From the IMG/VR virus record IMGVR_UViG_3300028558_000016, positions 186,001 through 250,000 of that record: 64,000 nt of DNA, one strand, 5' to 3'. Position numbers and translations under genes: made by a program. This document shows positions 10,248 to 19,498 of the stretch, piece after piece. How positions within the stretch are numbered: position 1 is the first letter of the stretch; each line of letters opens with the position of its first letter. Below the pieces are notes generated by a model. That model searched no databases and was not told the DNA's origin. It was given only the letters and a program-made list of their open reading frames with translations.

Positions 10248-11296
10248 TATGTGCTTTGTTTTTGAAGTTCAAATACTGTTTTTATATACTGTTTAATCAA
10301 CTCAGGATCTGTCTCTAATATGTAATCGTCAAATGAACCGTCATCGTGAATCTTAAATTTATTCATGAATGCTCCAAGCTCTTGGCCTTTCAATCCAGTG
10401 ATCTCCATTACAATCTCGCCATTGTATTTTTCTTTTATCCTGTTTTCTCTTTCCATTTCAATGTGAAACTTATTCACTTCGCCTCTCACATTAGACCCGA
10501 AAAATTCATCAATAGTTCCTACTAACCTATTCGGAAAATATTCGTCAACAATCTTATCAAAGAAAGAAGTTTGATTTGCCTTCGGCTTTGTCTCTTCCAA
10601 CCAATCCAAGAAACGAGAGAATGTTTTTCTTTTCCTGTCTCTCTTTTCATTTATGGCAGACAATTCATCAAATAAAGCTGGATTGAAATACTTTCCAGTT
10701 GCAACCCATTCAAATATGTCTTCAAGCGTCGTGAATCCCTTGTTCCATTTCTCCGGATTCAAACCAAGAAATTCTAATATCTTAGTTTGATCTTTTGTAA
10801 CAAGAATCTCCTTACGTATTCCTCTTTCATCCCTCAACGGATAAATCAATCCTTGGTGTCCGTACTTTAAACCAAACTTATGAAAGAATCTTCCGAGAAT
10901 ATTTCCAACGTCATTGAAAGAATAATATGCTATTGACGTTTCGTAATCGGCAACGGTACAGATTAGGTCAATCTGAAAATTGTCATACAAGAAGCTAAAG
11001 CAATTATGATTGGTTGAATAGTTTGGATCTTTCTTCATTTCCTTAATTGGAGTGAACCCAAAGTGCTGTATCACAGCATCTCTAACAACATCTGTGTTGG
11101 CTTTAACCAAGACGTCAAGATCTCCGAAATCTTCCTTGGCCGAGTAATATGGAACTGGTGTGAATTTTATCTTCTCATCTGGTAATAGGCCTTCCACTTT
11201 GGAAAGTATTATTTCCAATTCAGGGACGAACTTCTTCATAAGTTCATCAAATTGTTCCTTGGGCATTCTTGTTGCCCCCAATAGAGATCCTCCCAT
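10247..11296 (-). CDS. Pol-beta superfamily nucleotidyltransferase (349 aa)
   Basis: FGDLDVL (DxD) and QIDLI third Asp; C-terminal GLKGQELGAFM resembles CCA-adding enzyme tails. Confidence 0.65.
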   Translation of the reverse strand: MGGSLLGATRMPKEQFDELMKKFVPELEIILSKVEGLLPDEKIKFTPVPYYSAKEDFGDLDVLVKANTDVVRDAVIQHFGFTPIKEMKKDPNYSTNHNCFSFLYDNFQIDLICTVADYETSIAYYSFNDVGNILGRFFHKFGLKYGHQGLIYPLRDERGIRKEILVTKDQTKILEFLGLNPEKWNKGFTTLEDIFEWVATGKYFNPALFDELSAINEKRDRKRKTFSRFLDWLEETKPKANQTSFFDKIVDEYFPNRLVGTIDEFFGSNVRGEVNKFHIEMERENRIKEKYNGEIVMEITGLKGQELGAFMNKFKIHDDGSFDDYILETDPELIKQYIKTVFELQKQST

Positions 11297-11603
11297 TTAT
11301 TTCCTTTATTATGTCTTTTACAAATTTTAAAACTTTATACTTCCCAGAGCTCAATTCATTATAAAATGCTTCCCATTCACCGTAAGCCAATTCGTTATTC
11401 TTACTTTCGAGAAATTTTAAAATCTCTTCTGTATATTTGGTTTCAACAAATTTTGTTGTCACTCTTCTGGTTTCGCCGTCCACTACAACATAAGTGGCCA
11501 ACCCATACTTTGGAGCTGCATATTTTGATGGAAAATCTGGTGCATTATTATTCCCCGTTCGCATCGGTAACAATTGATTTTGTATTTTATGAACCTGTCT
11601 CAT
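11247..11603 (-). CDS. Hypothetical protein (118 aa)
   Basis: ORF with ATGA overlap to the upstream gene. Confidence 0.55.
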   Translation of the reverse strand: MRQVHKIQNQLLPMRTGNNNAPDFPSKYAAPKYGLATYVVVDGETRRVTTKFVETKYTEEILKFLESKNNELAYGEWEAFYNELSSGKYKVLKFVKDIIKEINGRISIGGNKNAQGTI

Positions 11604-11863
11604 GCCAAAAATATTCTCATCTGAAAGAATTTCATCTCAAAAGTATATCCCATTCCCAGGATGTACTTAAGAAACACCTTCTTCTCTTCCTCGTTGTTAA
11701 ATTGTACATCAAAGAATTCAGTACATGGCCAATCAATAAAAGCCGGTTCTGCTATTTCCAGCAACCTTTTTATCCGCCATTGACACTCTTGCATCAATTC
11801 TGGATTCCTCTTATTCAACCATGCCCATCTGGCATCATTTATGTCGGGTATCTTTTCTATCAT
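11600..11863 (-). CDS. Hypothetical protein (87 aa)
   Basis: Start moved to ATG 11863 (MIEKIPD) to avoid overlapping the divergent gene and its promoter. Confidence 0.55.
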   Translation of the reverse strand: MIEKIPDINDARWAWLNKRNPELMQECQWRIKRLLEIAEPAFIDWPCTEFFDVQFNNEEEKKVFLKYILGMGYTFEMKFFQMRIFLA

Positions 11864-11882
11864 CTGTGGCCTTTTGATCGCT

Positions 11883-11891
11883 AATATATAC
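11883..11891 (+). promoter_or_regulatory. Putative late promoter AATATATAC
   Basis: Recurring motif, 7 nt before ATG 11899. Confidence 0.5.
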
Positions 11892-11898
11892 AATAGGT

Positions 11899-12195
11899 AT
11901 GACATTTAACAACCCTTTAATAGATAAAAACATGGTATTAGAACAGATAGAAAAAGAAAGCATCCTTGCACTGTTAAACAACTACAGGCAGATTCACGAC
12001 GGATTATCAAAAATTGAAGGTTCCATCAACGAGATGCAAAAAGCACTCACAGACTTGTTCAACGCTAAAGATGCGCTGATAAAGAACCTTGAAGACAACA
12101 GAGAAGGAGAGTCCACTCTCATAAAAGGATTAGTGGAAAAATATGGAGAAGGAAAATTAAACCTCGAGAACTTCGAGTGGGTTATAAACAAATGA
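11899..12195 (+). CDS. Coiled-coil protein (98 aa)
   Basis: Heptad-like L/I periodicity. Confidence 0.65.
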   Translation: MTFNNPLIDKNMVLEQIEKESILALLNNYRQIHDGLSKIEGSINEMQKALTDLFNAKDALIKNLEDNREGESTLIKGLVEKYGEGKLNLENFEWVINK

Positions 12196-12992
12196 GCACA
12201 GTAACAGATATTTTAGGAAAGATCTTCAAAAAGGAAAACAGGGAATTCATTCTCGTTGTTGCCTTAGGGATCGTCATCATGCTTTGGTGGAGAGGCTGCA
12301 GCAAAACCAACGACGAGAAAGCTGAAATGAAAAGACAGCAAGAAATAGCAGCCCAGAACAATAGAGCTTTAACCGACAGCTTGAGACTTGTCAAAAACAG
12401 AGCTGGAGAAATTGAAGCGATAAAATCGTCTTTCGTTTCCAAGCTTTCTGATCTTGAACAGCTAAACAGAGATTTATATGCTGAGTCGAAGAAAGAGATT
12501 GGAAATCTTAAAGCTTTAATCAAGGGAAGCCTTGATGCAAGCAGCGGAGACGTTGTCATATCTAATGAATTGAAAAGCTATCCTGATGGAAAAACCTACG
12601 GGCTTCTATTTGACAAGACGAGAATAGACAGCGGAATGGTTTGGAGCATCAAAGGCGAAAGCAGATTCAAATTGGAGAACAACACCATATTTCCAGGACA
12701 GACTGAGATATTCAATAATGACATGAAGCTTAAAGTAGTTCTTGGTTTCAAAGAGAACAAAGACAACTATGAAGTATTTGCAAGGTCAGCATCTCCATTC
12801 GTAAAATTCGACGATCTCAGCGGAGTAATGCTTATTCCGAAAAAGGCAGATCCATTGTTAACGCCTCCAGCCAAGAACAAGAGATTTGGTCTTGGAATAA
12901 ACATCGGATATGGAGTTGGATTCTTAAACAAACAAGTGATGCTGACTCCATACGTCGGCTTTGGTCTTCAATATAACTTACTTAAATTCTAA
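12192..12992 (+). CDS. Membrane-anchored coiled-coil protein with C-terminal amphipathic beta-hairpin; spanin-like candidate
   Basis: N-terminal TM ending WWRGCS, coiled coil, C-terminus KRFGLGINIGYG...PYVGFGLQYNLLKF. Confidence 0.55.
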   Translation: MSTVTDILGKIFKKENREFILVVALGIVIMLWWRGCSKTNDEKAEMKRQQEIAAQNNRALTDSLRLVKNRAGEIEAIKSSFVSKLSDLEQLNRDLYAESKKEIGNLKALIKGSLDASSGDVVISNELKSYPDGKTYGLLFDKTRIDSGMVWSIKGESRFKLENNTIFPGQTEIFNNDMKLKVVLGFKENKDNYEVFARSASPFVKFDDLSGVMLIPKKADPLLTPPAKNKRFGLGINIGYGVGFLNKQVMLTPYVGFGLQYNLLKF

Positions 12993-15037
12993 TGAGCTTC
13001 ACACAAAGATTTGTACAACTTACCGATTTCATCATGCTTGAATACAGGTACACAAGCCCTGTTACTCCTGACGAATTCAATTATAGCTTTACAAGAATAG
13101 TAAACAATCACATGGGTGGAATAATCCAACTCATGAATCCCGATGGAGCCATCGATGACACTGGAAACGTTAGAGAAAGATCGGCAGTGCAAACTGCGTC
13201 TGGAACCTATGTTGACACAGACAAGGACCAGGTTCCTGATTTCTTGACATACGACCAAAGTCTTGGAAATATTTCAACAACAGTTATCACAGGTGCAAAC
13301 ACTCCTTATGATACGTTGAGATTTCACATTGTCTCTGGTTACAACTTTGAAGACAAGGACGGAGTTATCGCTCAGATCACAGCAATGGAAAGATCTGGAA
13401 AACCAATGCAACTTGCAAATGTGGTGTTCTTGAAAGATGCGGATTTCTTCGTGTTCAACGCAAGACCGATTTGGCTTGGCGATAGATTATATGACAGATA
13501 TTTTGAATGCAAAGTTCCATCGGTAAAGCTGATCAACGACATATTCTATTCTCTCGAAGGAAATCCTGGTCAGGTAAATACTCTTGTCGCAAAGATAACT
13601 TCAAACGGACTTGGTTTTTTACGAGCAGCTCCATTAAACATTTCTATAACAGACATCTCATCCACGACGGTTCAAACCGTTGGCGGTGCAAGATACAAAA
13701 ACTATAAAATCGGTGGAACCAAGGTTGTTCCTCTAAATCAATCTGACGAATTTGGATTGTTGAGCGCGGTAGTTCAACCTTCTCCTGTTGGTGATTATTT
13801 TGAATACTTCGCTTCATGGGCAGGTGGATTCATAGAAGACTTTTTGTTTAACGCAAACACTCTTCCAGGAAACAATTACATCGTTCTACATGAGATAAGA
13901 GTATTTGAACAACAAGGATCTGCTTTCACGTTGACTGACACCTTGCAAATGATCCAAGAAGACAAATTCGATCAGCCAAGGAAATTCAGACCTATATTGA
14001 CCAATGCAGACAGAGACGTTTCCTTCACGTTGGAATACACAGTTAGATTATACAACAAGGCAGACTCATCTCAGATAATAAGAACAGCAAACTACACAAG
14101 CTTCAATCCAAAGGAATGGGGCTTAAAGATTCAACCTCTCAAGCTTCTAAATGAGCCTGAGCCGTTCATCATATACAACAGAGTTGTTGCAGGTCCAACA
14201 TTTCAAAACGAAGCTTTTGTTAATACAATAGCAGACGTTCAACCGTTCAATACTAAATTTGTTCCATCATTCTTTGACAGGTTCAGCGTCAACATCCATC
14301 ATGACACAGTTATCGTGGATAAGAACGGACAGCTTGTTGTTGACAGAACATCCACGACCACTTTGGTTTACGGACAAGGAGATTGCAACATCATCGTGAA
14401 TCCTTTCGATAACTTTTTTAAGTTCACCATATTGAAAACTAATGGAACTGAAACACCAACTCCTTTGGATCTTGGTAGCAGCGCCATGTATTATCTCGTG
14501 TTCATTGACAACCAAAACAAGAAGCAAAGATTTCCATCATCGGTAGATCCTGTTCTTGCCGATCCTTCTAAGGGAGACGTGTTGTTTAAGGTTCCTGAAG
14601 CTGATGCGACAAACATCGTGACATTCACGACAAAGGAATTTTATATAGTTTCCAAGTTCACTGATGGAGTTGAGACTCAAATATATCAAGGAGTTTACAA
14701 CAAACCTGCAGACATTCAAGCTGTCAAGACTTCTAATGCAGCTCTTCAAACTTCACAGAGCACAGCAATAGAAACAAAGATAACAGAAATAACAACTAAA
14801 CAGGACGACATCATTGCACAGACTAATGCAATCAAGAATTCAGGATTGACTCAGCAAGCAAATGCAATTTCAGTTAAGGTGGAAATTCCAGGATTGGCAG
14901 CAACTGTTCCAGCAGATTCGATGAATTCAATTGTTGCGAGCATAGTTCCAGTTTCGATCTCCAAGAAATCTGCTTCTACACAAGCGACTGACGATAAGCT
15001 GAAGGCGCAAGCAGATCAAAACAAAGCAAGTAACTAA
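12992..15037 (+). CDS. Large virion structural protein (681 aa)
   Basis: Beta-rich; in a late operon upstream of a tail-tube-fold gene. Confidence 0.55.
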   Translation: MSFTQRFVQLTDFIMLEYRYTSPVTPDEFNYSFTRIVNNHMGGIIQLMNPDGAIDDTGNVRERSAVQTASGTYVDTDKDQVPDFLTYDQSLGNISTTVITGANTPYDTLRFHIVSGYNFEDKDGVIAQITAMERSGKPMQLANVVFLKDADFFVFNARPIWLGDRLYDRYFECKVPSVKLINDIFYSLEGNPGQVNTLVAKITSNGLGFLRAAPLNISITDISSTTVQTVGGARYKNYKIGGTKVVPLNQSDEFGLLSAVVQPSPVGDYFEYFASWAGGFIEDFLFNANTLPGNNYIVLHEIRVFEQQGSAFTLTDTLQMIQEDKFDQPRKFRPILTNADRDVSFTLEYTVRLYNKADSSQIIRTANYTSFNPKEWGLKIQPLKLLNEPEPFIIYNRVVAGPTFQNEAFVNTIADVQPFNTKFVPSFFDRFSVNIHHDTVIVDKNGQLVVDRTSTTTLVYGQGDCNIIVNPFDNFFKFTILKTNGTETPTPLDLGSSAMYYLVFIDNQNKKQRFPSSVDPVLADPSKGDVLFKVPEADATNIVTFTTKEFYIVSKFTDGVETQIYQGVYNKPADIQAVKTSNAALQTSQSTAIETKITEITTKQDDIIAQTNAIKNSGLTQQANAISVKVEIPGLAATVPADSMNSIVASIVPVSISKKSASTQATDDKLKAQADQNKASN

Positions 15038-15585
15038 TGATTATAAATAGCAGGTCATCCAATTTTTTATTCACGTTTCCAAAGGGATTCTTTTCTAAGG
15101 CTGTCATTGACAAGTACACGCCTTATGTAAAGAGAAATCCTTTGCCGTACGATAATTTAGAAAATTTCATGGCAGCCCAAATACAAAGCGTAACGTTTCC
15201 TACTTTAAGCATGGAACCTGTTAGACAGACAAGGCTTTATGGCAAGTCACAGGAATACAAGAACTCAACTCCAATTGCAGATTTATTTACGAGAGACATC
15301 CAGGTTACGTTTAAGTCATTGGACGGTTACATCAATTATTGGATATTCATGGAAAATGCCTTGGAGTATCTCAGCTTTGAGAACAAGACCCTTTATTTCG
15401 ACGATTTACAGATGAGGTTCTTGGACCAAGAAGGCCACGTCATCACGACAACTCAGTATAAAGGAACTTATTTCAAATCATTGTCAGAGGTGACCCTTTC
15501 TTATTCAGACAACAACCCTGACTTTAAGACATTTACTGCGACATTTGGGTTCTTTAAGATGGACATATTCGTTGACCACGATTAA
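15037..15585 (+). CDS. T4 gp3/gp19-fold tail tube or tail completion protein
   Basis: QIQSVTFPTLS...DIQVTFKSLDGYINYW...FKSLSEVTLSY pattern typical of tail-tube-fold proteins. Confidence 0.55.
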   Translation: MIINSRSSNFLFTFPKGFFSKAVIDKYTPYVKRNPLPYDNLENFMAAQIQSVTFPTLSMEPVRQTRLYGKSQEYKNSTPIADLFTRDIQVTFKSLDGYINYWIFMENALEYLSFENKTLYFDDLQMRFLDQEGHVITTTQYKGTYFKSLSEVTLSYSDNNPDFKTFTATFGFFKMDIFVDHD

Positions 15586-15592
15586 TATATAG
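15584..15592 (+). promoter_or_regulatory. Putative late promoter AATATATAG heading the CTS-leader cluster
   Basis: Recurring motif upstream of ATG 15612. Confidence 0.5.
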
Positions 15593-15611
15593 ACAAAGAA
15601 ATACAGTTAAC

Positions 15612-15833
15612 ATGAAGAACATCAAATTATTCGAGAATTTTAGAACCGATGATGCTAAGAAAGCATTTGATGCGGTAACAGAACTAAGCGCCCAAGAACT
15701 GGAAGAATTTCTGTTTGCACTTTCTAAATACTTTGATGACAGCAAAGAAGAATTAACCAACATGAACGCGGAAGACATAAGCAAATCTTTGCATGACGCT
15801 GCTGAAATGGTACAAAATAGATCAGGAAATTAA
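15612..15833 (+). CDS. CTS-leader protein MKNIKLFENF (73 aa)
   Basis: Shared N-terminal motif. Confidence 0.75.
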   Translation: MKNIKLFENFRTDDAKKAFDAVTELSAQELEEFLFALSKYFDDSKEELTNMNAEDISKSLHDAAEMVQNRSGN

Positions 15834-15834
15834 T

Positions 15835-16674
15835 ATGAGAATAAAATTATTCGAGAACTTTAGCAAAGGCCCAGAGCTTTTGAATTCATTCCAGGATGCT
15901 GAAAGCAAGTTATCCGATAAAGATGGAATTGTATTGCCTGGAGTAACAGGAGACATGACTCATATTGAAGATGCCATTAAAGACATCCCACACAATGAGG
16001 CTTACGTTCTAATCACAGACCAAAGCAGTCACGTTGCTTCTTCATGGAAGAGCGATGTGTTTCTTGTTGGTGGAACTAAGGAAGGTGAAATGTCCATAAA
16101 ACAATATTTCGATGAAGAATGGACAGACCCAGCAGGTGGAACACACCGTGGAAACGAAGAAGATCCAGCCGCAGCTTATGAAGCCGAAGTCAAAGCCAAA
16201 AAAGTTCCATTGAAAGATTTATTAAAGAGTAAATCAATAGAGCCAGGTAATTTCCTTTCAATGAAAGGTTGGCCAAAAGCTCTTGTTGACGGAATAGATT
16301 ATGCTAAGAAAACAATATCTCTTCAATTCAAAGAAGATGGTCCTATAAATGATTATAAGTTCGATGATGAGTCTCTTGAAAAAGGAAATATCATGACAAA
16401 ATTATGGGAGCACGTAAACGAAGGAACCATGATCTCAAAGAGAAATATGGATCTTGACGCATTCAAACACCAAGGTTCTTTCTTCAATAGAGAACCTCAT
16501 TCAAACGATTCTCCTGTTCATGGTAAATCTATAAAAGAACTCAACGAAGAAAGATCTGGCGATCTTTTAATGGAACTAACTAACGTCATAACAAGATATA
16601 AAACTAAGATGAAGCCAGAAGCTATCTTTGATGTTTTACATCTTTTAGCTGAAAGACAAAAGAACGAATTTTAA
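15835..16674 (+). CDS. CTS-leader protein MRIKLFENF (279 aa)
   Basis: ATG at 15835, one nt after the upstream stop; shared motif. Confidence 0.75.
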   Translation: MRIKLFENFSKGPELLNSFQDAESKLSDKDGIVLPGVTGDMTHIEDAIKDIPHNEAYVLITDQSSHVASSWKSDVFLVGGTKEGEMSIKQYFDEEWTDPAGGTHRGNEEDPAAAYEAEVKAKKVPLKDLLKSKSIEPGNFLSMKGWPKALVDGIDYAKKTISLQFKEDGPINDYKFDDESLEKGNIMTKLWEHVNEGTMISKRNMDLDAFKHQGSFFNREPHSNDSPVHGKSIKELNEERSGDLLMELTNVITRYKTKMKPEAIFDVLHLLAERQKNEF

Positions 16675-16675
16675 T

Positions 16676-16927
16676 ATGGAAAAACTAAAACTGTTTGAAG
16701 CATTCGTCAATGAAGACGATATAAGAGCAAGAGGAGTTATTGACAGCAAAGAAGCTTTAGTTGCATTCATGACATCTCTTGTTAGAGGTGAAGTTGCACA
16801 GCTCATAGGTGGAAAGATGACACAAACAAACATCAAAATAATCTTGGCTGACATTGGCTTCGATCAAATCGAAGAAGCTTTAGATGAGATTAAGAAAGAA
16901 GTTGAAAGATTAAAAAAAGAAATGTAA
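16676..16927 (+). CDS. CTS-leader protein MEKLKLFEAFVNE (83 aa)
   Basis: Shared motif. Confidence 0.75.
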   Translation: MEKLKLFEAFVNEDDIRARGVIDSKEALVAFMTSLVRGEVAQLIGGKMTQTNIKIILADIGFDQIEEALDEIKKEVERLKKEM

Positions 16928-16929
16928 TC

Positions 16930-17298
16930 ATGACATTCGAGGAATATTACAACAAGAAGGTTTCTGAATCGCAAGACGATTTCAAACTATTCACGGACTT
17001 CAAGTCTGAAGAGAACAAAGGACTTTATTATCTGACTGAGCAAGAAAATGCTCAGATAGACGAATATGTAAAGATGTTTGAGAGCGAACATGGAAATGAC
17101 CTGTCTAAACTTGACGAGGCTTTCTTTGGAAAAATCATGGGTGGTGTTGCTGGTTTCTTAGTTGGACCGACCATCGGCAAGATCATCGCAAACGCACTTG
17201 GTATCGAAAAAGGAATTTTGTTTGACATGTTCACAAGCAGATTGGTTTCTACCGCTCTTGGATCTGCCATAGGAAAATCCATCGGCCAAAAGAAATAA
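16930..17298 (+). CDS. CTS-leader protein MTFEEY with Gly-rich amphipathic C-terminal helices
   Basis: Leader plus a second DFKLFTDF copy; FFGKIMGGVAGFLVGPTIGKIIANALG. Confidence 0.7.
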   Translation: MTFEEYYNKKVSESQDDFKLFTDFKSEENKGLYYLTEQENAQIDEYVKMFESEHGNDLSKLDEAFFGKIMGGVAGFLVGPTIGKIIANALGIEKGILFDMFTSRLVSTALGSAIGKSIGQKK

Positions 17299-17399
17299 TG
17301 AAGCCGTTTCATGATATGTGGATGGCATGGATAACATGCTACATTGCAATGCTGCAAACCCCATTCATGATATTAAAAGAATCTACAAAGAAGAAATGA
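17298..17399 (+). CDS. 33-aa peptide MKPFHDMWMAWITCYIAMLQTPFMILKESTKKK
   Basis: TAATG overlap at its start and ATGA overlap at its end. Confidence 0.5.
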   Translation: MKPFHDMWMAWITCYIAMLQTPFMILKESTKKK

Positions 17400-17587
17400 G
17401 AATCAATAAATACGACGATTTTGACATGAACGAGGGATATGCAGAAACTCTTAAGCTGGTAGTTTCTTCCATTAAAAACGCTTCAGACGAAGAGATCGAT
17501 AAAATCAGTCAAATACTCAGAGCCAAATTAACGTGGGGCAACATCAAGGACATTGCCGACGTCTTACATGTAGAAATACAAAAATAA
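17396..17587 (+). CDS. CTS-leader protein MRINKYDDFDMNE (63 aa)
   Basis: ATG at 17396; leader variant. Confidence 0.65.
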   Translation: MRINKYDDFDMNEGYAETLKLVVSSIKNASDEEIDKISQILRAKLTWGNIKDIADVLHVEIQK

Positions 17588-17593
17588 TCCTTC

Positions 17594-18139
17594 ATGAAAC
17601 GAATAAAGGATTTTAATTCATTCAATGAATCTCTTGAAGTATGGGCACCTAAAGTAGCATACACTAATACTTTGTACATCATGCCTAAGAAAGATCCAGA
17701 TTTGGATAAGGCAGACATCGAAGGAAAAGAAATAACTCCAAAGGTTCCTCAATTCGATTTAGTAAAAACCCTAACCATAATATTAGCAGATGGAAATTTG
17801 TCTGCTAAAGCAGCTCAAATATTTCCTAATACCGATCTCACCAAAGCTATAAAGAATCCAGACATGCTTGGTCCTGAAGAGAAAGACAAATTGATTCAGA
17901 TATACAATAACATAATATTAAAAGATTATGTGCTTAGACAAGAATATGACGTGCTTCCAGAATCCATAGACGAAAACATGTGCCCTGAATGTGGCGAGGA
18001 ATATACGTCGCAATGCAAATGCATGACAACTCACAAAAAGACTTTAGAAGATTTAAAAAGAGGACATGGTAAAACTTGTCCCAACGGACATACGTGGACG
18101 TACGACACTCCAGATGGAAAAGTAATAGTAGTGAAGTAA
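17594..18139 (+). CDS. CTS-leader protein with C-terminal zinc-ribbon-like domain
   Basis: MKRIKDFNSFNE; CPECG...QCKC...CPNGH. Confidence 0.7.
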   Translation: MKRIKDFNSFNESLEVWAPKVAYTNTLYIMPKKDPDLDKADIEGKEITPKVPQFDLVKTLTIILADGNLSAKAAQIFPNTDLTKAIKNPDMLGPEEKDKLIQIYNNIILKDYVLRQEYDVLPESIDENMCPECGEEYTSQCKCMTTHKKTLEDLKRGHGKTCPNGHTWTYDTPDGKVIVVK

Positions 18140-18238
18140 ATGAGTTGTTGTTTAAATTCACCAAAGAAGAAAATAGAGAAACCTAAGGTAAAAGAAAAGC
18201 CAAAGGTAAAAGTAAGCAAAGAGAAGAAGACGAAATGA
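18140..18238 (+). CDS. 32-aa Lys-rich peptide MSCCLNSPKKKIEKPKVKEKPKVKVSKEKKTK
   Basis: Starts right after the upstream stop; ATGA overlap with the next gene. Confidence 0.5.
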   Translation: MSCCLNSPKKKIEKPKVKEKPKVKVSKEKKTK

Positions 18239-19065
18239 AACACATAAGATCATACAAGCAACATCTCGAGGAAGGACTCATAAAAACTTATGACGTCACA
18301 GAATTTGTCAAGCATTTCAACAAGATGATTGCGGCAAAAGATTACAAGAAGCTTTTATCGAATGCAAAAGTTGATCCTGATGCGCACGTGTGGTTGATCG
18401 TAAAAATTAAACCAGACACAATTAATTTTGCAAAAGAATTAGTCAGTCTAATGAACGTTCTTGGATACTATGTGTCTGATGTAAATTTTCGTGGATATAA
18501 CATTGATGACGAGGCAAACCATCCACCGAAGAGCAACGACGATTTTTTAAAAATAGTAAAACAGGCTGAAGAAGAAAATGCGAGTGCTATTCAATTGCTC
18601 ATTGAACCTAAATTTGAAGAAGAGGCCGAAGGAAAATTCACAATTCTATATCACATCACAGAAGAAAAACATTTGAAGAAAATTCAAGAGATGGGATTGG
18701 TTCCTAAGTCTAAATCTAAAGTAACATATCATCCAGAAAGAATTTATCTTGCGACCAAAGAAGCAATGGCATTCCTTTTTACTAAATACAAAGATTACGT
18801 AAAAGATCCAGTCGTTCTCAGAGTCAACGTTAAAGGCTTGAAACTGTATCCAGACATTAATGCTGGAAAAGGAACGTATTTTACCACAACAAATATCTCT
18901 CCGGATAAAATCAAACCGTTGAAACAGGATGCGTATGACATAATGAATAAATATTTGAAAAATAAACCAGCTTCAAATCAAGGTTGGGATATTGAAAAAT
19001 TATTGTCAAATTTATTAGGACAAGCTCAAAAAGGAATAATATCAACGCAAAATGCGACACATTAA
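18235..19065 (+). CDS. CTS-leader protein with Tpt1/KptA-like ADP-ribosyltransferase-fold domain
   Basis: LYHITEEKHLKKIQEMGLVPK...RIYLAT...VVLRVNV...FTTTNISPDKI. Confidence 0.6.
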   Translation: MKHIRSYKQHLEEGLIKTYDVTEFVKHFNKMIAAKDYKKLLSNAKVDPDAHVWLIVKIKPDTINFAKELVSLMNVLGYYVSDVNFRGYNIDDEANHPPKSNDDFLKIVKQAEEENASAIQLLIEPKFEEEAEGKFTILYHITEEKHLKKIQEMGLVPKSKSKVTYHPERIYLATKEAMAFLFTKYKDYVKDPVVLRVNVKGLKLYPDINAGKGTYFTTTNISPDKIKPLKQDAYDIMNKYLKNKPASNQGWDIEKLLSNLLGQAQKGIISTQNATH

Positions 19066-19498
19066 ACTATATGAGGAATTTGTGGTTGACGAGGGATTAA
19101 TGAAATCTCTTGGCAAGCTCGCAAAGTTTGCTTTAATTCTTCCTAAGGTGATGCAGTATGTTGGATTCGCTTCATCTGCATTAGGAAAACACTTCAACAA
19201 CGATAAGGCCCAAGACATTGCAAAGTTTCTCGTTCAAAATGGAAAATCTCTTGACAACAAATACAAACAAACTGTTGCTTCAGCTTTAGCACCGTTCTTA
19301 AAAGACCCTTCAAAGAAAGACCAAGTCGCAAAGGATTACATTTATTATTTAACAGCCAAACACGTTGGCGGAGGTTTCTCTGACAAAAGCATGGCATTAC
19401 ACGATCCGCATAAATCAGCTATGAACGTTATAGGAAGCGTTGATCCAAGCAACATATTAAACAATGCCAGAAAAATATTTCCACAATTATTGAAATGA
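19052..19498 (+). CDS. CTS-leader protein MRHIKLYEEFVVDE (148 aa)
   Basis: Shared motif. Confidence 0.75.
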   Translation: MRHIKLYEEFVVDEGLMKSLGKLAKFALILPKVMQYVGFASSALGKHFNNDKAQDIAKFLVQNGKSLDNKYKQTVASALAPFLKDPSKKDQVAKDYIYYLTAKHVGGGFSDKSMALHDPHKSAMNVIGSVDPSNILNNARKIFPQLLK

